This document shows positions 1 to 10,225 of a stretch of DNA of 64,000 bases, in pieces. This DNA comes from Minisyncoccota bacterium (GTDB lineage Bacteria > Patescibacteriota > Minisyncoccia > Phycocordibacterales > UBA9973). Position numbers and translations under genes: made by a program. Below the pieces are notes generated by a model. It was not told the DNA's origin, searched no databases, and saw only the letters and a program-made list of their open reading frames with translations. Location of the stretch: NCBI GenBank assembly GCA_031291825.1, contig JARLIG010000009.1:136058-200057 (forward strand), written 5' to 3'. Position 1 is the first letter of the stretch. Each line of letters opens with the position of its first letter.

Positions 1-843
1 GAAGTGATGTTTCCAAGCAAAGATAAAATATCTTCTTGTGTATCAATCGTGAAATCATCTTTATTTGGATTGGTGATGCCATGGTCTTGCTCTAAAATAA
101 ACCCAACACGTGATTTTACAAAAGCGCTGTCGTATTGGGCATTCGCCTGGACTACGATGACATTAAAATAATTAATTCCTAAAAGTTGTGTCTGCGCGAC
201 GGTAATCGGCATCACCACTAGGTTTCCAATATCCACACCAAAGGCTCCGGTTCCTCCTTTAGCAAGAACACCGATAACTCTGAAGGAAACATTTTTCAAT
301 CGAATAACCTTATCAACTGGATTTACGTTCGGTCCAAATAATGTTTTCGCCAAATCGGGTCCGATAACTACGACGTGGTTCGCCGAGTCAACATCACTTT
401 TGGTAAAAGTCTGGCCGATAGAAACTTTTGCTAAATTACTGACCGTGAAAAAATCAGCCGTAGAACCAGTGAAGCCTTCAGTCACATCATTGTTGCCGTA
501 AACCACATCGCCCTGCCCCCGTACTTCTGGCACGGCATAATCAATTGAGGGTTCACGAGAAAGCGCATCAACATCTCTCTGTTGCAGGCTAGTGATGACG
601 ATTCCCTGCGCCGCCGCTGGCGATGAAAATTTTCCGTTAGCTGGTGCGCCTGGAATAATAATAATTAAATTCGAACCAATGCTTTCTACTTGACCCAAAA
701 TCAAGCCTTGGGCAGATTGTCCGATAGACATCAAGATAATAACCGAAGCAATGCCGATAACAATACCGAGCATTGTCAAAATAGAACGCATCTTTCCATG
801 CATCAAACTTCTTGTAGCAGTTTTAAAAGCGTCTCTAAAGAGC
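1..843 (-). CDS. ABC transporter permease, FtsX/MacB family (partial, C-terminus beyond window start)
   Basis: Minus-strand translation from 843 begins [42 protein letters not shown], a typical MacB/FtsX N-terminus. It lies directly downstream of the ABC ATPase in the same operon. Confidence 0.75.
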
Positions 844-846
844 ATA

Positions 847-1554
847 TTATTTCAAATCGCGATGGACACGGTTGGCGATTATTTTTTTATCGCTTTCGAC
901 AACTCCATCTTTTATTCTAATAATGCGATTGGCAAATTCGGCTGTTTGTGTTTCGTGTGTCACCAATACAACTGTGCGACCTTTGTCGTGCAAAGATTCA
1001 AGTATCTCCATTACTTGTAATCCTGATTGTGAATCTAGGTTACCTGTCGGTTCATCTGCAAAAATAACATTCGGGTCGGTCACCAAGGCTCGAGCAATTG
1101 CTACTCGCTGTTTCTGCCCGCCAGAAAGTTTCGCTGCTTCAGTATAAAGTTTTTCTTCTAGCCCAACTGCTCTTACGGCTTCTTCTACTAAAGTTTGTCT
1201 TCCTTTGGGTGGAATATCAGAATACAGAAGGGGTATTTCTACGTTATCATAAACGGATAATCTAGAAAGTAAATTGAAGGATTGAAAAACGAAACCCATA
1301 TCTTTGTTTCTTACTAGAGCCAGCTCTTGGTCGGTCATATCATCAATACTTTTACCCTGAAAGGTATACGTCCCGCCAGTTGGTCGGTCTAGAAAACTTA
1401 AAATGTGCAAAAGGGTAGACTTACCCGAGCCAGAAGGTCCCATAATAGAAACAAACTCCCCTTTTTCGATTGAAAAAGTAACTCCACGCAAAGCTTGAGT
1501 AACTGTTTCTCCCTCCTCTGTATATTCTTTTTTTAAATCATGTAAATCAATCAT
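847..1554 (-). CDS. ABC transporter ATP-binding protein, MacB/LolD-type
   Basis: Walker [13 protein letters not shown] signature [15 protein letters not shown], Walker [12 protein letters not shown]. Start overlaps the upstream membrane-fusion-protein gene. Confidence 0.9.
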   Translation of the reverse strand: MIDLHDLKKEYTEEGETVTQALRGVTFSIEKGEFVSIMGPSGSGKSTLLHILSFLDRPTGGTYTFQGKSIDDMTDQELALVRNKDMGFVFQSFNLLSRLSVYDNVEIPLLYSDIPPKGRQTLVEEAVRAVGLEEKLYTEAAKLSGGQKQRVAIARALVTDPNVIFADEPTGNLDSQSGLQVMEILESLHDKGRTVVLVTHETQTAEFANRIIRIKDGVVESDKKIIANRVHRDLK

Positions 1555-3095
1555 TACGACTTCAGTCCAATATTGAGAACTTGCTCTCCTTCTGTTACTC
1601 CAGAAAGTACTTCAACATTTCCTGTTTCATCTTGAATACCAAGGGTAACTGGATTTTGGACAATTTTGTTGTTAACAAGTGTCTCCACAAAAGTTCCCTG
1701 GTCATTCTGCAAAATTGCATATTGTGGAAGAATTAAAACACTCGGTTTATATTTTGTTTGTATATCAATATTTGCTGTTAATCCACTCTTTATGCGAGAA
1801 TCTGATTTGTCGAATGAAATTTTGATTAAATAACTTATTACTCCGCCAGTATCTGTTTCTGCTGGGGCAATGTAGAATACCGAGCCAGAAAACGTCTCCC
1901 CTGGAAAAGCATCTAGTGTCATTGACACTGTATCGCCTAAGTTCACTTTGCCAATATCAATCTCGGAAACACCACCATCTACTTCGTATCCAGAATCAGA
2001 CATAATGGATACAAGTGGGGTGACCGTAGAAGCGAACTGCCCTATCTTTGCATCAAATTGAGTAACCGTTCCACTAATCGGAGCAATGATTTGAGCATTT
2101 TCCAATTTGGCTTCGGCGCTTTGTACACTCGCCTGTGCTTGCTCGACTTGCGCTTGCTCTGCAGCTATATCGGTTGTGGTAGAACCCGCTTTTTTAAAAT
2201 CCAACGCAGCTTGTAATTGTGAAACTGTTAATTTTTGTGAAGAAATACTTTGAGAAATGGTATTAAGATTAGTAGTAGCAATGTTTACTTCACTGAGCGC
2301 AGTAGAAACATCCATCTTATAGGTGGCAAGAGTGGCTGCGCTTAAAGAGGGAGAACTCTGAAGTGTAGTGGAAACATTGTTTAGTAATTGCCGAACGGTC
2401 GCAAGATAAGAAATTTCATCCGTTAATAATTTTTCTAAACCAGCATTGGATGTATCAGTATTTGTTAATTCCAGAGACCATTTATTTAAAGCGGTAATTG
2501 AATAAACTTCTGCTAATTGTGCATTGGTCTGAGCTTGAGAATTAGAAGTAGCATATGAAAGATTGGCAGTGGATCCAGTGTTGTTAATAAACATTTGACT
2601 CATTTGAGTATTAACAGCATCGTTACCCTTTGCGTAAGCGTCAGTAGAAGTATCAACAATGCTGGAGTACATGTTTGCTAGGTCTTGATTTGCTTTATCA
2701 AGAGCGGTTTGTGAGACAGCAATATCGTCAGGGGTTGCGCCAGCTTCCAACCCAGCTAGCTTAGCCTGCTCTGTGTCTACGTTCGCCTGAGCTTGGTGTA
2801 GTTGAGCTGTCAGGTCGCTGGTGTCCAAATCTGCCAAAACTTGTCCAGCAGAAACTTCCTTGCCCAAAGCAGAATATACATGAGAAATGATTCCACTGCT
2901 ACCAAAAGCCAAGGAGACACTCTGGCTGGGTGTGGTATTTCCCGTCAAAGAAACTGATTCGGTGATTGGACCACTAACTACCTGAATAAACTGATATTTT
3001 GTAGTGTGGTGAAAAAGAGAGTATCCACCTACGCCAAGAAAAAGCAATGTGATGATACCTATCGTAATTTTTGAACGGATAAATTTTTTAAACAT
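1554..3095 (-). CDS. HlyD/MacA-family periplasmic adaptor (membrane fusion protein) with long low-complexity coiled-coil
   Basis: N-terminal TM, lipoyl-like hairpin motifs, and a long Q/S/T/N-rich coiled coil. First gene of an MFP-ABC-permease operon. Confidence 0.7.
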   Translation of the reverse strand: MFKKFIRSKITIGIITLLFLGVGGYSLFHHTTKYQFIQVVSGPITESVSLTGNTTPSQSVSLAFGSSGIISHVYSALGKEVSAGQVLADLDTSDLTAQLHQAQANVDTEQAKLAGLEAGATPDDIAVSQTALDKANQDLANMYSSIVDTSTDAYAKGNDAVNTQMSQMFINNTGSTANLSYATSNSQAQTNAQLAEVYSITALNKWSLELTNTDTSNAGLEKLLTDEISYLATVRQLLNNVSTTLQSSPSLSAATLATYKMDVSTALSEVNIATTNLNTISQSISSQKLTVSQLQAALDFKKAGSTTTDIAAEQAQVEQAQASVQSAEAKLENAQIIAPISGTVTQFDAKIGQFASTVTPLVSIMSDSGYEVDGGVSEIDIGKVNLGDTVSMTLDAFPGETFSGSVFYIAPAETDTGGVISYLIKISFDKSDSRIKSGLTANIDIQTKYKPSVLILPQYAILQNDQGTFVETLVNNKIVQNPVTLGIQDETGNVEVLSGVTEGEQVLNIGLKS

Positions 3096-3137
3096 AAATT
3101 TTTTGATTTAAAATAGTTATTATAGTATAATTATAGC

Positions 3138-3632
3138 ATGGATACGGAAAATGTATCATCCCAAAAATTAAATTGGTCTGCTCTTGAGTACGAAGAAAAA
3201 GAAAGAAGTATGGATTGGTTTTGGGCACTCGGTATTATTGTGATAACCAGCTCCATCGCTGCAATAATTTTTAATGATTATTTTTTTGCAGTGTTATTGA
3301 TACTTTCTGGTTTATTACTCGGATTTTTTGCTGTTAAAAAACCGGATATGATTTCTTATGAAATGAATGACATGGGACTTAAGATAGGAAGTCGAATATA
3401 TCCTTATGAAAACATAAAATCTTTTTGGGTGCAAACTCCGCAACAAGACAAACCAAACACAAAATCACTACTTTTTATAAAATCAGAGCGTATATTTATG
3501 CCAATAATAACTGTTCCGATCACCGAAGAAATCACGGAAGAAATCCACTCTGCGTTATCTTCAAAAGGTATTGCTGAAGAAGAAATGAGGCAGCACCCGT
3601 CTGAAAAAATAATGGAGGTGCTTGGATTTTAG
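3138..3632 (+). CDS. hypothetical membrane protein (2 predicted TM)
   Basis: 164 aa ORF with two hydrophobic helices, followed by a strong terminator. Confidence 0.45.
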   Translation: MDTENVSSQKLNWSALEYEEKERSMDWFWALGIIVITSSIAAIIFNDYFFAVLLILSGLLLGFFAVKKPDMISYEMNDMGLKIGSRIYPYENIKSFWVQTPQQDKPNTKSLLFIKSERIFMPIITVPITEEITEEIHSALSSKGIAEEEMRQHPSEKIMEVLGF

Positions 3633-3686
3633 CAGACGTTCCACACCTACAAAGCAGGTGTGGAACGTCTGCTATTTTGCTTTTTA
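3631..3686 (+). terminator. rho-independent terminator (perfect 18-bp stem, loop acaaagc, U-tract)
   Basis: agcagacgttccacacct acaaagc aggtgtggaacgtctgct followed by attttgcttttt. Confidence 0.8.
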
Positions 3687-3718
3687 GTAAAAAACTGCTA
3701 ATCTTCAAATGTGAGTTT

Positions 3719-3793
3719 GCCCTCATAGTTCAATGGATAGAATACGAGCTTGCGGAGTTTGTGATGTAGGTTCGATTCCTACTGAGGGCACCA
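3719..3793 (+). tRNA. tRNA-Arg (anticodon GCG by manual fold), CCA encoded
   Basis: Cloverleaf: acceptor GCCCTCA/TGAGGGC, D-arm GTTC..GAAT, anticodon stem CGAGC/GTTTG with loop TTGCGGA, T-arm GTAGG TTCGATT CCTAC, discriminator A, CCA. Confidence 0.7.
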
Positions 3794-3900
3794 GCACGAA
3801 ACAAGCCAATTTATTGGCTTGTTGTAGGAATCGAAAAGCTTTTACTTATTTTTTATTTATAAAAAATGTAAAAGGTCTACTGTTCCCGTAGGGAAAGATA

Positions 3901-3915
3901 TCCTACTGAGGGCAC
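3901..3915 (+). repeat. 15-bp direct repeat of the tRNA-Arg 3' end (tcctactgagggcac)
   Basis: Identical 15-mer at 3777-3791 (inside the tRNA) and 3901-3915. Resembles a remnant att-site duplication. Confidence 0.6.
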
Positions 3916-3918
3916 TAG

Positions 3919-3946
3919 TTGACTTTTTTCTATAAAGTGCTATAAT
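3919..3946 (+). promoter_or_regulatory. sigma70-like promoter TTGACT-16 nt-TATAAT, predicts a leaderless transcript for the CDS at 3953
   Basis: ttgact (3919-3924), 16-nt spacer, tataat (3941-3946). The ATG lies 7 nt downstream of the -10. Confidence 0.55.
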
Positions 3947-3952
3947 AGTCGA

Positions 3953-4924
3953 ATGCTTAAGAAAATAATTAAATTATTTGGAATAACCCTTGCAACAGCT
4001 ATGTTTTTTATAGCTGTACCTTTTACGACACATGCTTATAACGCTTCAGTTACAACAGTTAACGCAACCAGCGTTACCCCCCTAAACGTCACTTTTAACG
4101 GTATTGTAAATACTGGTGGCTTGCCTGGAGCTGCATGGTTTGAATATGGAACCGACTTAAATTTTGCAAATTCTACTGCTAATAATGACATTGTTTTTAA
4201 CAGTGGTTATGATGGAAACTATTCCACAAACGTTTCTGGTCTTAGTTCAAGCACAACATATTATTTCCGTGCTGTTGCACAAAATAGTGAAGGAAGAGTC
4301 TATGGGAATGTTATGTCCTTCGCGACTGGCTTAGATCCTACTGGCTATAACAACCAGATGTCTCCGACGGCTATCACCACTTCTTTTTCAGTCTTGACTG
4401 ATACAGCAGCGCAATTTAATTCTTTGATTTTACCTGGTAATAGCAACAGTGCTAATACTTGGTTTGAATGGGGCACGACTACTCAACTTGGTAATCAAAC
4501 TTCTACGGTTGCTTTAAGCGGAGCTCCGGCAATCAGACACACTAGCACGATAACTGGGCTTGCTGGGGGTACTACATATTATTTCCGCGCTGTTACGCAA
4601 AACTCCTATGGAGTAAGTGATGGCACAATTTTGAGTTTCACAACCACTGGAAACCCACCAGTAAACTATACTTATGTTGGTGGAACAACAAGTACTACTC
4701 CCACAACCCCAACCACTCCGACAACAATCACCAGCACCGACACCACCACTCCAGTGACCACCAACACTTCTTCACTTTCCTCAATGTTGGGAGCAAATGT
4801 GTTTGGAGCTGGATCTTTTTTACCAGTAAACATTTTCGGTTGGCTTATCTTAATTATTTTTATTCTTCTTTTGATACTCTTGAGTAAACATGTCTACAAT
4901 CAATGGAAGGCGCCAACACACTAA
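3953..4924 (+). CDS. cell-surface protein: signal peptide, two FN3-like repeats, Thr/Pro-rich stalk, C-terminal TM anchor
   Basis: N-terminal signal peptide. Repeated segment ..TTYYFRAV(A/T)QNS.G...G..(M/L)SF.T. TTPTTPTTP linker. C-terminal hydrophobic segment followed by basic residues. Confidence 0.6.
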   Translation: MLKKIIKLFGITLATAMFFIAVPFTTHAYNASVTTVNATSVTPLNVTFNGIVNTGGLPGAAWFEYGTDLNFANSTANNDIVFNSGYDGNYSTNVSGLSSSTTYYFRAVAQNSEGRVYGNVMSFATGLDPTGYNNQMSPTAITTSFSVLTDTAAQFNSLILPGNSNSANTWFEWGTTTQLGNQTSTVALSGAPAIRHTSTITGLAGGTTYYFRAVTQNSYGVSDGTILSFTTTGNPPVNYTYVGGTTSTTPTTPTTPTTITSTDTTTPVTTNTSSLSSMLGANVFGAGSFLPVNIFGWLILIIFILLLILLSKHVYNQWKAPTH

Positions 4925-4987
4925 TTAGTTGATAGGGTTGATTTTGGTGGCATAAAAATTAAAAAAAAATTATGCTATATTTATACT

Positions 4988-5587
4988 ATGCAGAGCATAA
5001 AGAATGATGATTCTACGTCAACAGATGAAGAAATTATTATTTTATATAAAAAAAATCCGGAAGAAGCGTTAAAAATTATCGTGAACCGCTATACTTCTTC
5101 TATTTACAATTTTACCGCGCGCCTAGCAAACCGAAATGATGCGCCAGATATCGTTCAGGAGGTCTTTATAAAAATTTGGAAAAATATTACTTATTTTAAC
5201 CCCCTAAAAGCAAGTTTTAAGACTTGGATTTTTACCATTGCCAAAAACACAACCACTGATTTCTTAAGAAAAAGAAGAAGTCTTTTGTTTTCTGATATGC
5301 CCACCCACGCAGGCGGGGAAAAAGATGATGAAAATATAAATTCCTTTGCGGAAAATATTCCCACCGAAGAATTATTGCCTGATTTGGTTTTACAAAAGCT
5401 AGAAGACAGTAAATTTCTAAACGAGGTCCTAGATAAATTGCGCCTAGGTTATAAAGAGGTTTTGGTGCTTCACTATCAAGAAGAAATGACATTTGAGGAA
5501 ATAGGAAAAATCTTAAAAAAACCATTAAATACTGTTAAGAGTCAACACCGCAGAGCCATTATGGAACTTCGAAAAATACTTAACTAA
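4988..5587 (+). CDS. RNA polymerase sigma factor, ECF (sigma-70 family group 4)
   Basis: Region 2 (DIVQEVFIKIW) and region 4 helix-turn-helix (LVLHYQEEMTFEEIGKIL..NTVKSQHRRA). Confidence 0.85.
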   Translation: MQSIKNDDSTSTDEEIIILYKKNPEEALKIIVNRYTSSIYNFTARLANRNDAPDIVQEVFIKIWKNITYFNPLKASFKTWIFTIAKNTTTDFLRKRRSLLFSDMPTHAGGEKDDENINSFAENIPTEELLPDLVLQKLEDSKFLNEVLDKLRLGYKEVLVLHYQEEMTFEEIGKILKKPLNTVKSQHRRAIMELRKILN

Positions 5588-5623
5588 CTGCACCAAAATA
5601 TTTTTTAGAACGTATAATACTGT

Positions 5624-6040
5624 ATGCAAGCTAAACTAACAAAAATATTCAAAAAAGCAAAGTACCAGCCAAGCCCAGATTTGGCTTTTTCTATTTTAAA
5701 TAAAATGGTTATACATAATAAAAATATGGCAAAGTTTAAGTTATGGATTGGCACTTTCACTGGAATTGCTTCACTCATAACACTCATACCCGTATTCCAA
5801 ACGTTGTTAACTAACTTATCGCATTCAGGTTTTTACGATTATTTTTCTCTAATTTTCTCAGACAGTGGATTAATGTTTTCTTACTGGAAAGAATTTACTT
5901 TATCGCTAGCAGAATCGTTGCCAATGACGAGCATCATTTTTACCCTGTCTCTGGTTTTCATATTCTTGTTATCATTTAGATATGTAATGAAGCAAATCAG
6001 CAGAAATCAATTTATTAGTTTTGGAACATTATCAGCTTAA
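5624..6040 (+). CDS. membrane protein, possible anti-sigma factor
   Basis: Immediately downstream of the ECF sigma factor, with a soluble N-terminal region followed by several TM helices. Assignment rests on position only. Confidence 0.35.
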   Translation: MQAKLTKIFKKAKYQPSPDLAFSILNKMVIHNKNMAKFKLWIGTFTGIASLITLIPVFQTLLTNLSHSGFYDYFSLIFSDSGLMFSYWKEFTLSLAESLPMTSIIFTLSLVFIFLLSFRYVMKQISRNQFISFGTLSA

Positions 6041-6048
6041 TAAAAAAT

Positions 6049-6549
6049 ATGAAAAATATACACGACGACCTCGTAAGGGTTTTTGAATCAAAAACTGCTT
6101 TAAAAGTTTTGTGTGGAATTGGAATAATGTTAGTTGCTCTTTTGATATTTTACGCTGGAGTCAATGTGGGGTTCCATAAGGCTTCATTCGGGCGTGCTTG
6201 GGGGGAAAATTATGAACGCAATTTTGGCTTTGGTCCCGACCACCCTCTGTTGGGCACTGATAATTTTCCTAACGCGAATGGCGCAATTGGCAAAATAATA
6301 AAAATAGAACTACCAACCATCATCGTGCAAGATAAAGACAATACAGAAAAAGTAGTTCTATTAGGTAATGACACAAAAATAGAAAAAGCGATGACCTCAA
6401 TACAGCAAAGCGATCTATCTGTGAACGACTTTGTTGTTGTGATTGGCTCACCAAACGACCAAGGACAGATAGAAGCTAAATTTATAAGAGTAATGCCGCT
6501 CGGTATGCCTGTACCACCAACACAGATGCCAGCTCCAATCCAACAATAA
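6049..6549 (+). CDS. hypothetical membrane-anchored protein
   Basis: 166 aa with an N-terminal TM helix. Start codon abuts the next gene. Confidence 0.4.
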   Translation: MKNIHDDLVRVFESKTALKVLCGIGIMLVALLIFYAGVNVGFHKASFGRAWGENYERNFGFGPDHPLLGTDNFPNANGAIGKIIKIELPTIIVQDKDNTEKVVLLGNDTKIEKAMTSIQQSDLSVNDFVVVIGSPNDQGQIEAKFIRVMPLGMPVPPTQMPAPIQQ

Positions 6550-6550
6550 T

Positions 6551-8257
6551 ATGAAAAATTTTTTCAGTAAAATAAAATTATATGTGTTTACTCATAAGAT
6601 CATTAGCACCATTATCGTAGTGTTAATTGTCGGCATTGGATATTGGGGTTATGGAAAAATAACCAGCACCGGCGGAACGACTCGTTATGTATTGTCACCA
6701 GTTACTAGTGGCACGATTGTATCTTCGATCACTGACAGTGGACAAGTGTCAGCTTTAAATCAAATCAACATCACACCAACCGTTTCTGGCGCTTTAACTG
6801 AGGTAAACGTCAAACCTGGAGACCAAGTTTATGCAGGACAAACACTTTTTGTTATTGATGATACAGACGCACAAAAAACAGTCCGCGATGCGCAAATAAG
6901 TTTACAAAATGCCAACCTCGCGTTGCAAAAACTCCAACTTCAAGACTCAAACACAAACTTGAACGCTTCTCTCTCACAAGCCTATGATAATGGTTTTACT
7001 TCTGTCTCAAATGCTTTTCTAGACTTGCCTTCCATCGAGAATGGTATCAATAACATGTTTTTTGAAAGTACAAATGGAGGTACCCAACAAAATATTGATT
7101 GGTACGCTGAACAAGTTACCAGTGCGCAGACAGACCAAGCCAATCTTTACAAACAAAATTTTCTAGATGCTTACAACTTAGCCTTGACCGCTTATAACCA
7201 GAATTCTACTGATTATAAATCAATCTCCAGAACTTCCGACAATAGTACGATTGATGGTTTAATATCTGAAACTTACAGCACCACAAAACTAATTGCGGAT
7301 GAAATACAAGCTGCAAATAACTACATCGACTTTGTCGACAGTACTCTGCAACAATATAACTATAAAATTCCTACAATAATAACAACTCAATTAGCATCAC
7401 TAAATACTTATACTTCTGAAATTAATTCACACCTAAGTGACATATTAACAGCTGAAACAAATATTGCTAGTAACAAGGATGCTTTTCCAAGTAGCAACTT
7501 AGATACTCAGTCAGCACAAATTGCCATCACTCAAGCACAAAATAGCTTATCGGATGCTGAGCAGAATTTATCCTACTACCACATCAAGGCTCCTTTTGAT
7601 GGAGTCATCTCGAGTGTTCCAGTTATAGTGGGAGACAATGTCGGCTCCGGAACAACTCTGTCGACAATTATTACCTCCAAGGAATTGGCAACGGTTACAC
7701 TTAACGAAGTTGATGTTGCAAAAATAGCTCTCGGAGAAAAAGCGACTCTTACTTTTGATGCGATTCCAAACCTAACCATTGCCGGACAAGTTGTGGAGAT
7801 TGATTCTGTTGGAACCGTTTCTCAAGGAGTTGTAAATTATAATGTTCAAATAAGTTTTGATGCTACTAGTGACGATGGAGTCAAGCCTGGTATGAGTGTT
7901 AATGCAGCAATCATTACCAATGTTGCAGAAAATGTTTTGACTGTACCAAGTAGCGCGATAAAAACACAGGGCGGAGTAAGCTATGTACAGATGTTTGATA
8001 CTGCCCTACCAGCTCCACTAGCTGGAGTGCAAGGTTCTCCATCACTAGTTCCACCAAAAAACCAAACTGTAGTAACCGGTGTTTCTGATGGCACATCTAC
8101 ACAAATAGTATCTGGATTAAACTTAGGTGATGAAATTGTCACCAAAACAATCACCTCAACAACCAAAACAACTGCAACAACTACTGCCCCTAGCATTTTG
8201 AGCGGAGTAGGAGGCGGAGGAAGAGTAAGTGGAGGAGCCGTAAGAATAGGTGGATAA
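6551..8257 (+). CDS. HlyD/MacA-family periplasmic adaptor (membrane fusion protein)
   Basis: N-terminal TM, long coiled coil, beta-barrel motif HIKAPFDGVIS. Followed by an ABC ATPase and an FtsX permease. Confidence 0.7.
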   Translation: MKNFFSKIKLYVFTHKIISTIIVVLIVGIGYWGYGKITSTGGTTRYVLSPVTSGTIVSSITDSGQVSALNQINITPTVSGALTEVNVKPGDQVYAGQTLFVIDDTDAQKTVRDAQISLQNANLALQKLQLQDSNTNLNASLSQAYDNGFTSVSNAFLDLPSIENGINNMFFESTNGGTQQNIDWYAEQVTSAQTDQANLYKQNFLDAYNLALTAYNQNSTDYKSISRTSDNSTIDGLISETYSTTKLIADEIQAANNYIDFVDSTLQQYNYKIPTIITTQLASLNTYTSEINSHLSDILTAETNIASNKDAFPSSNLDTQSAQIAITQAQNSLSDAEQNLSYYHIKAPFDGVISSVPVIVGDNVGSGTTLSTIITSKELATVTLNEVDVAKIALGEKATLTFDAIPNLTIAGQVVEIDSVGTVSQGVVNYNVQISFDATSDDGVKPGMSVNAAIITNVAENVLTVPSSAIKTQGGVSYVQMFDTALPAPLAGVQGSPSLVPPKNQTVVTGVSDGTSTQIVSGLNLGDEIVTKTITSTTKTTATTTAPSILSGVGGGGRVSGGAVRIGG

Positions 8258-8966
8258 AAATATAATGATAGAAATAAAAGACATTACAAAAACATATAAA
8301 ACAGGCGACATTGAGTTCCAGGCTTTAAGGGGCATAACTTTTACCATTAAAGACGGAGAATTTGTGGCGATCATGGGACCATCCGGTTCAGGTAAATCAA
8401 CCTTGATGCATATTTTGGGAGGACTAGACAACCCAACCAGTGGAACATATTTTTTGGACGGAAAAGATGTTTCTAAATTATCTGATGATGAATTGGCAGA
8501 TATTCGAAAAGATAAAATTGGTTTCGTTTTTCAATCTTTCAACTTACTCCCCAGAACAACTGTTTTACGAAACGTGATGCTTCCACTTGTTTATGAGGGA
8601 ATAGAACCAGAAGAAAGAGAGAAGAGGGCAAAAAAAGTTCTTCTCTTGGCGGGTTTGGATGAAGGACATTTTCAAAATCTTTCCAACCAACTCTCCGGTG
8701 GACAAATCCAAAGAGTTGCCATTGCTCGTGCGCTAGTAAACGACCCATCGCTTATTTTAGCCGATGAACCGACAGGAAATCTAGATTCTAAAACTAGCGA
8801 AATTGTTCTAGGAACTTTTCAAAAATTAAATAAGGAATTGGGTCGTACAATTGTCTTAATTACTCACGAACAAGATGTTGCAGAACACGCCGACCGCATA
8901 CTCTTTATAAGAGATGGCTTGCTTAGCGAGAAAGAGCCACATATTAAAAAAATAATAAACATATGA
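8250..8966 (+). CDS. ABC transporter ATP-binding protein, MacB-type
   Basis: [35 protein letters not shown]. About 55 percent identical to the ATPase at 847-1554. Confidence 0.9.
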   Translation: MDKNIMIEIKDITKTYKTGDIEFQALRGITFTIKDGEFVAIMGPSGSGKSTLMHILGGLDNPTSGTYFLDGKDVSKLSDDELADIRKDKIGFVFQSFNLLPRTTVLRNVMLPLVYEGIEPEEREKRAKKVLLLAGLDEGHFQNLSNQLSGGQIQRVAIARALVNDPSLILADEPTGNLDSKTSEIVLGTFQKLNKELGRTIVLITHEQDVAEHADRILFIRDGLLSEKEPHIKKIINI

Positions 8967-10186
8967 AAAACGCTGACTTATTACACGAAACATATTCCGC
9001 TCTATCTGCCAACAAAGCGCGCTCTGGTCTCACAATGCTTGGCATTATAATTGGTATAGCTTCAGTTATTGCTATGACTGCCATCGGCCAAGGAGCTCAA
9101 AATTCTGTATCTTCCAGTATCCAATCAATCGGAGCAAACTTATTAATGATAATGCCTGGAGCAACACGTACCTTCGGTGGACCTTCTGGTGCTCGTGGTG
9201 CAGCAAAGACTTTAACCTTGGCAGATGCTGATGATATAGCGTCTGAGGTTTCAAACGTAGCTGGAGTAACTCGCGAAGTTACCGCTCGAGAACAAGTCGT
9301 GGGAACAGGCACGAACACAAATACTACGATTACTGGTGTTGAACCTTCATATCTAACAGTTCGAAATGTTGCTGTTGATGAGGGAAATTTTATTTCTGAC
9401 CAAAATGTAACAGACGGCGATAAGGTAGCAGTCTTGGGTCCAACGGTTAGAGATACTTTATTTGGTGTTGGATCAACTGATGCCGTCGGACAAATTATTC
9501 GCATAAATGGCGCTGAATATACTGTTATCGGAACGACGGTCGCAAAAGGTGGTTCTGGTTTTAGTAATGCCGATGATATTATTTATGTTCCATATACAAC
9601 AGCGCAACGTTATCTAACTGGAGATAAATACTTAAGTGAAATCGATGTGCAAGCGGCTACTTCTGCAGAATCAACGCAAGTACAAAACGACATTACCACT
9701 CTTTTACTTTCTAACCACAACATTACTGACCCAACGAAAGCTGATTTCAATGTTCTGAACGAAACATCAATTCTAGCTACCGCCTCATCTGTCACTGGAA
9801 CTTTCACTACCCTGCTCGCAGCCGTCGCGGGAATATCACTGGTCGTCGGCGGAATCGGCATTATGAATATGATGCTCACGACCGTAACCGAACGCACCAG
9901 AGAAATCGGTTTACGTAAAGCAATCGGTGCAAAGAAAAGTGATATCAATAAACAATTTTTAATGGAAGCAATAATGCTCACCTTTATCGGTGGCTTCATT
10001 GGTGTAATACTCGGGTGGCTAATATCATTTGGGGTGACGTATTTCGGAATTTTACAAGCCTCGGTATCAATCTCTTCGATTATTCTCGCTTTCTGTGTTT
10101 CAGCTGGGATTGGAATTATTTTCGGTTATTACCCAGCGCGACGTGCAGCGCAATTAAATCCGATTGATGCATTAAGATATGAGTAA
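8963..10186 (+). CDS. ABC transporter permease, FtsX/MacB family
   Basis: N-terminal TM, large extracytoplasmic domain, C-terminal 3-TM FtsX fold, ends ..NPIDALRYE. Confidence 0.85.
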   Translation: MKNADLLHETYSALSANKARSGLTMLGIIIGIASVIAMTAIGQGAQNSVSSSIQSIGANLLMIMPGATRTFGGPSGARGAAKTLTLADADDIASEVSNVAGVTREVTAREQVVGTGTNTNTTITGVEPSYLTVRNVAVDEGNFISDQNVTDGDKVAVLGPTVRDTLFGVGSTDAVGQIIRINGAEYTVIGTTVAKGGSGFSNADDIIYVPYTTAQRYLTGDKYLSEIDVQAATSAESTQVQNDITTLLLSNHNITDPTKADFNVLNETSILATASSVTGTFTTLLAAVAGISLVVGGIGIMNMMLTTVTERTREIGLRKAIGAKKSDINKQFLMEAIMLTFIGGFIGVILGWLISFGVTYFGILQASVSISSIILAFCVSAGIGIIFGYYPARRAAQLNPIDALRYE

Positions 10187-10225
10187 AAATTATTAAAAGT
10201 TATTAATTAATTTAAATAAAAATAT

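Noticed and set aside
3719-3793. Alternative anticodon assignment (Ala/TGC) for the first tRNA
   Set aside because: Only the CGAGC/GTTTG stem with a TTGCGGA loop gives a 7-nt loop with U33. There is no G3:U70 Ala identity pair. Arg (GCG) is retained with moderate confidence.
3777-3915. Integrated prophage or genomic island at tRNA-Arg
   Set aside because: The duplicated 15-mer copies are only 110 bp apart, with no integrase or phage genes between them. At most a scar of a lost element.
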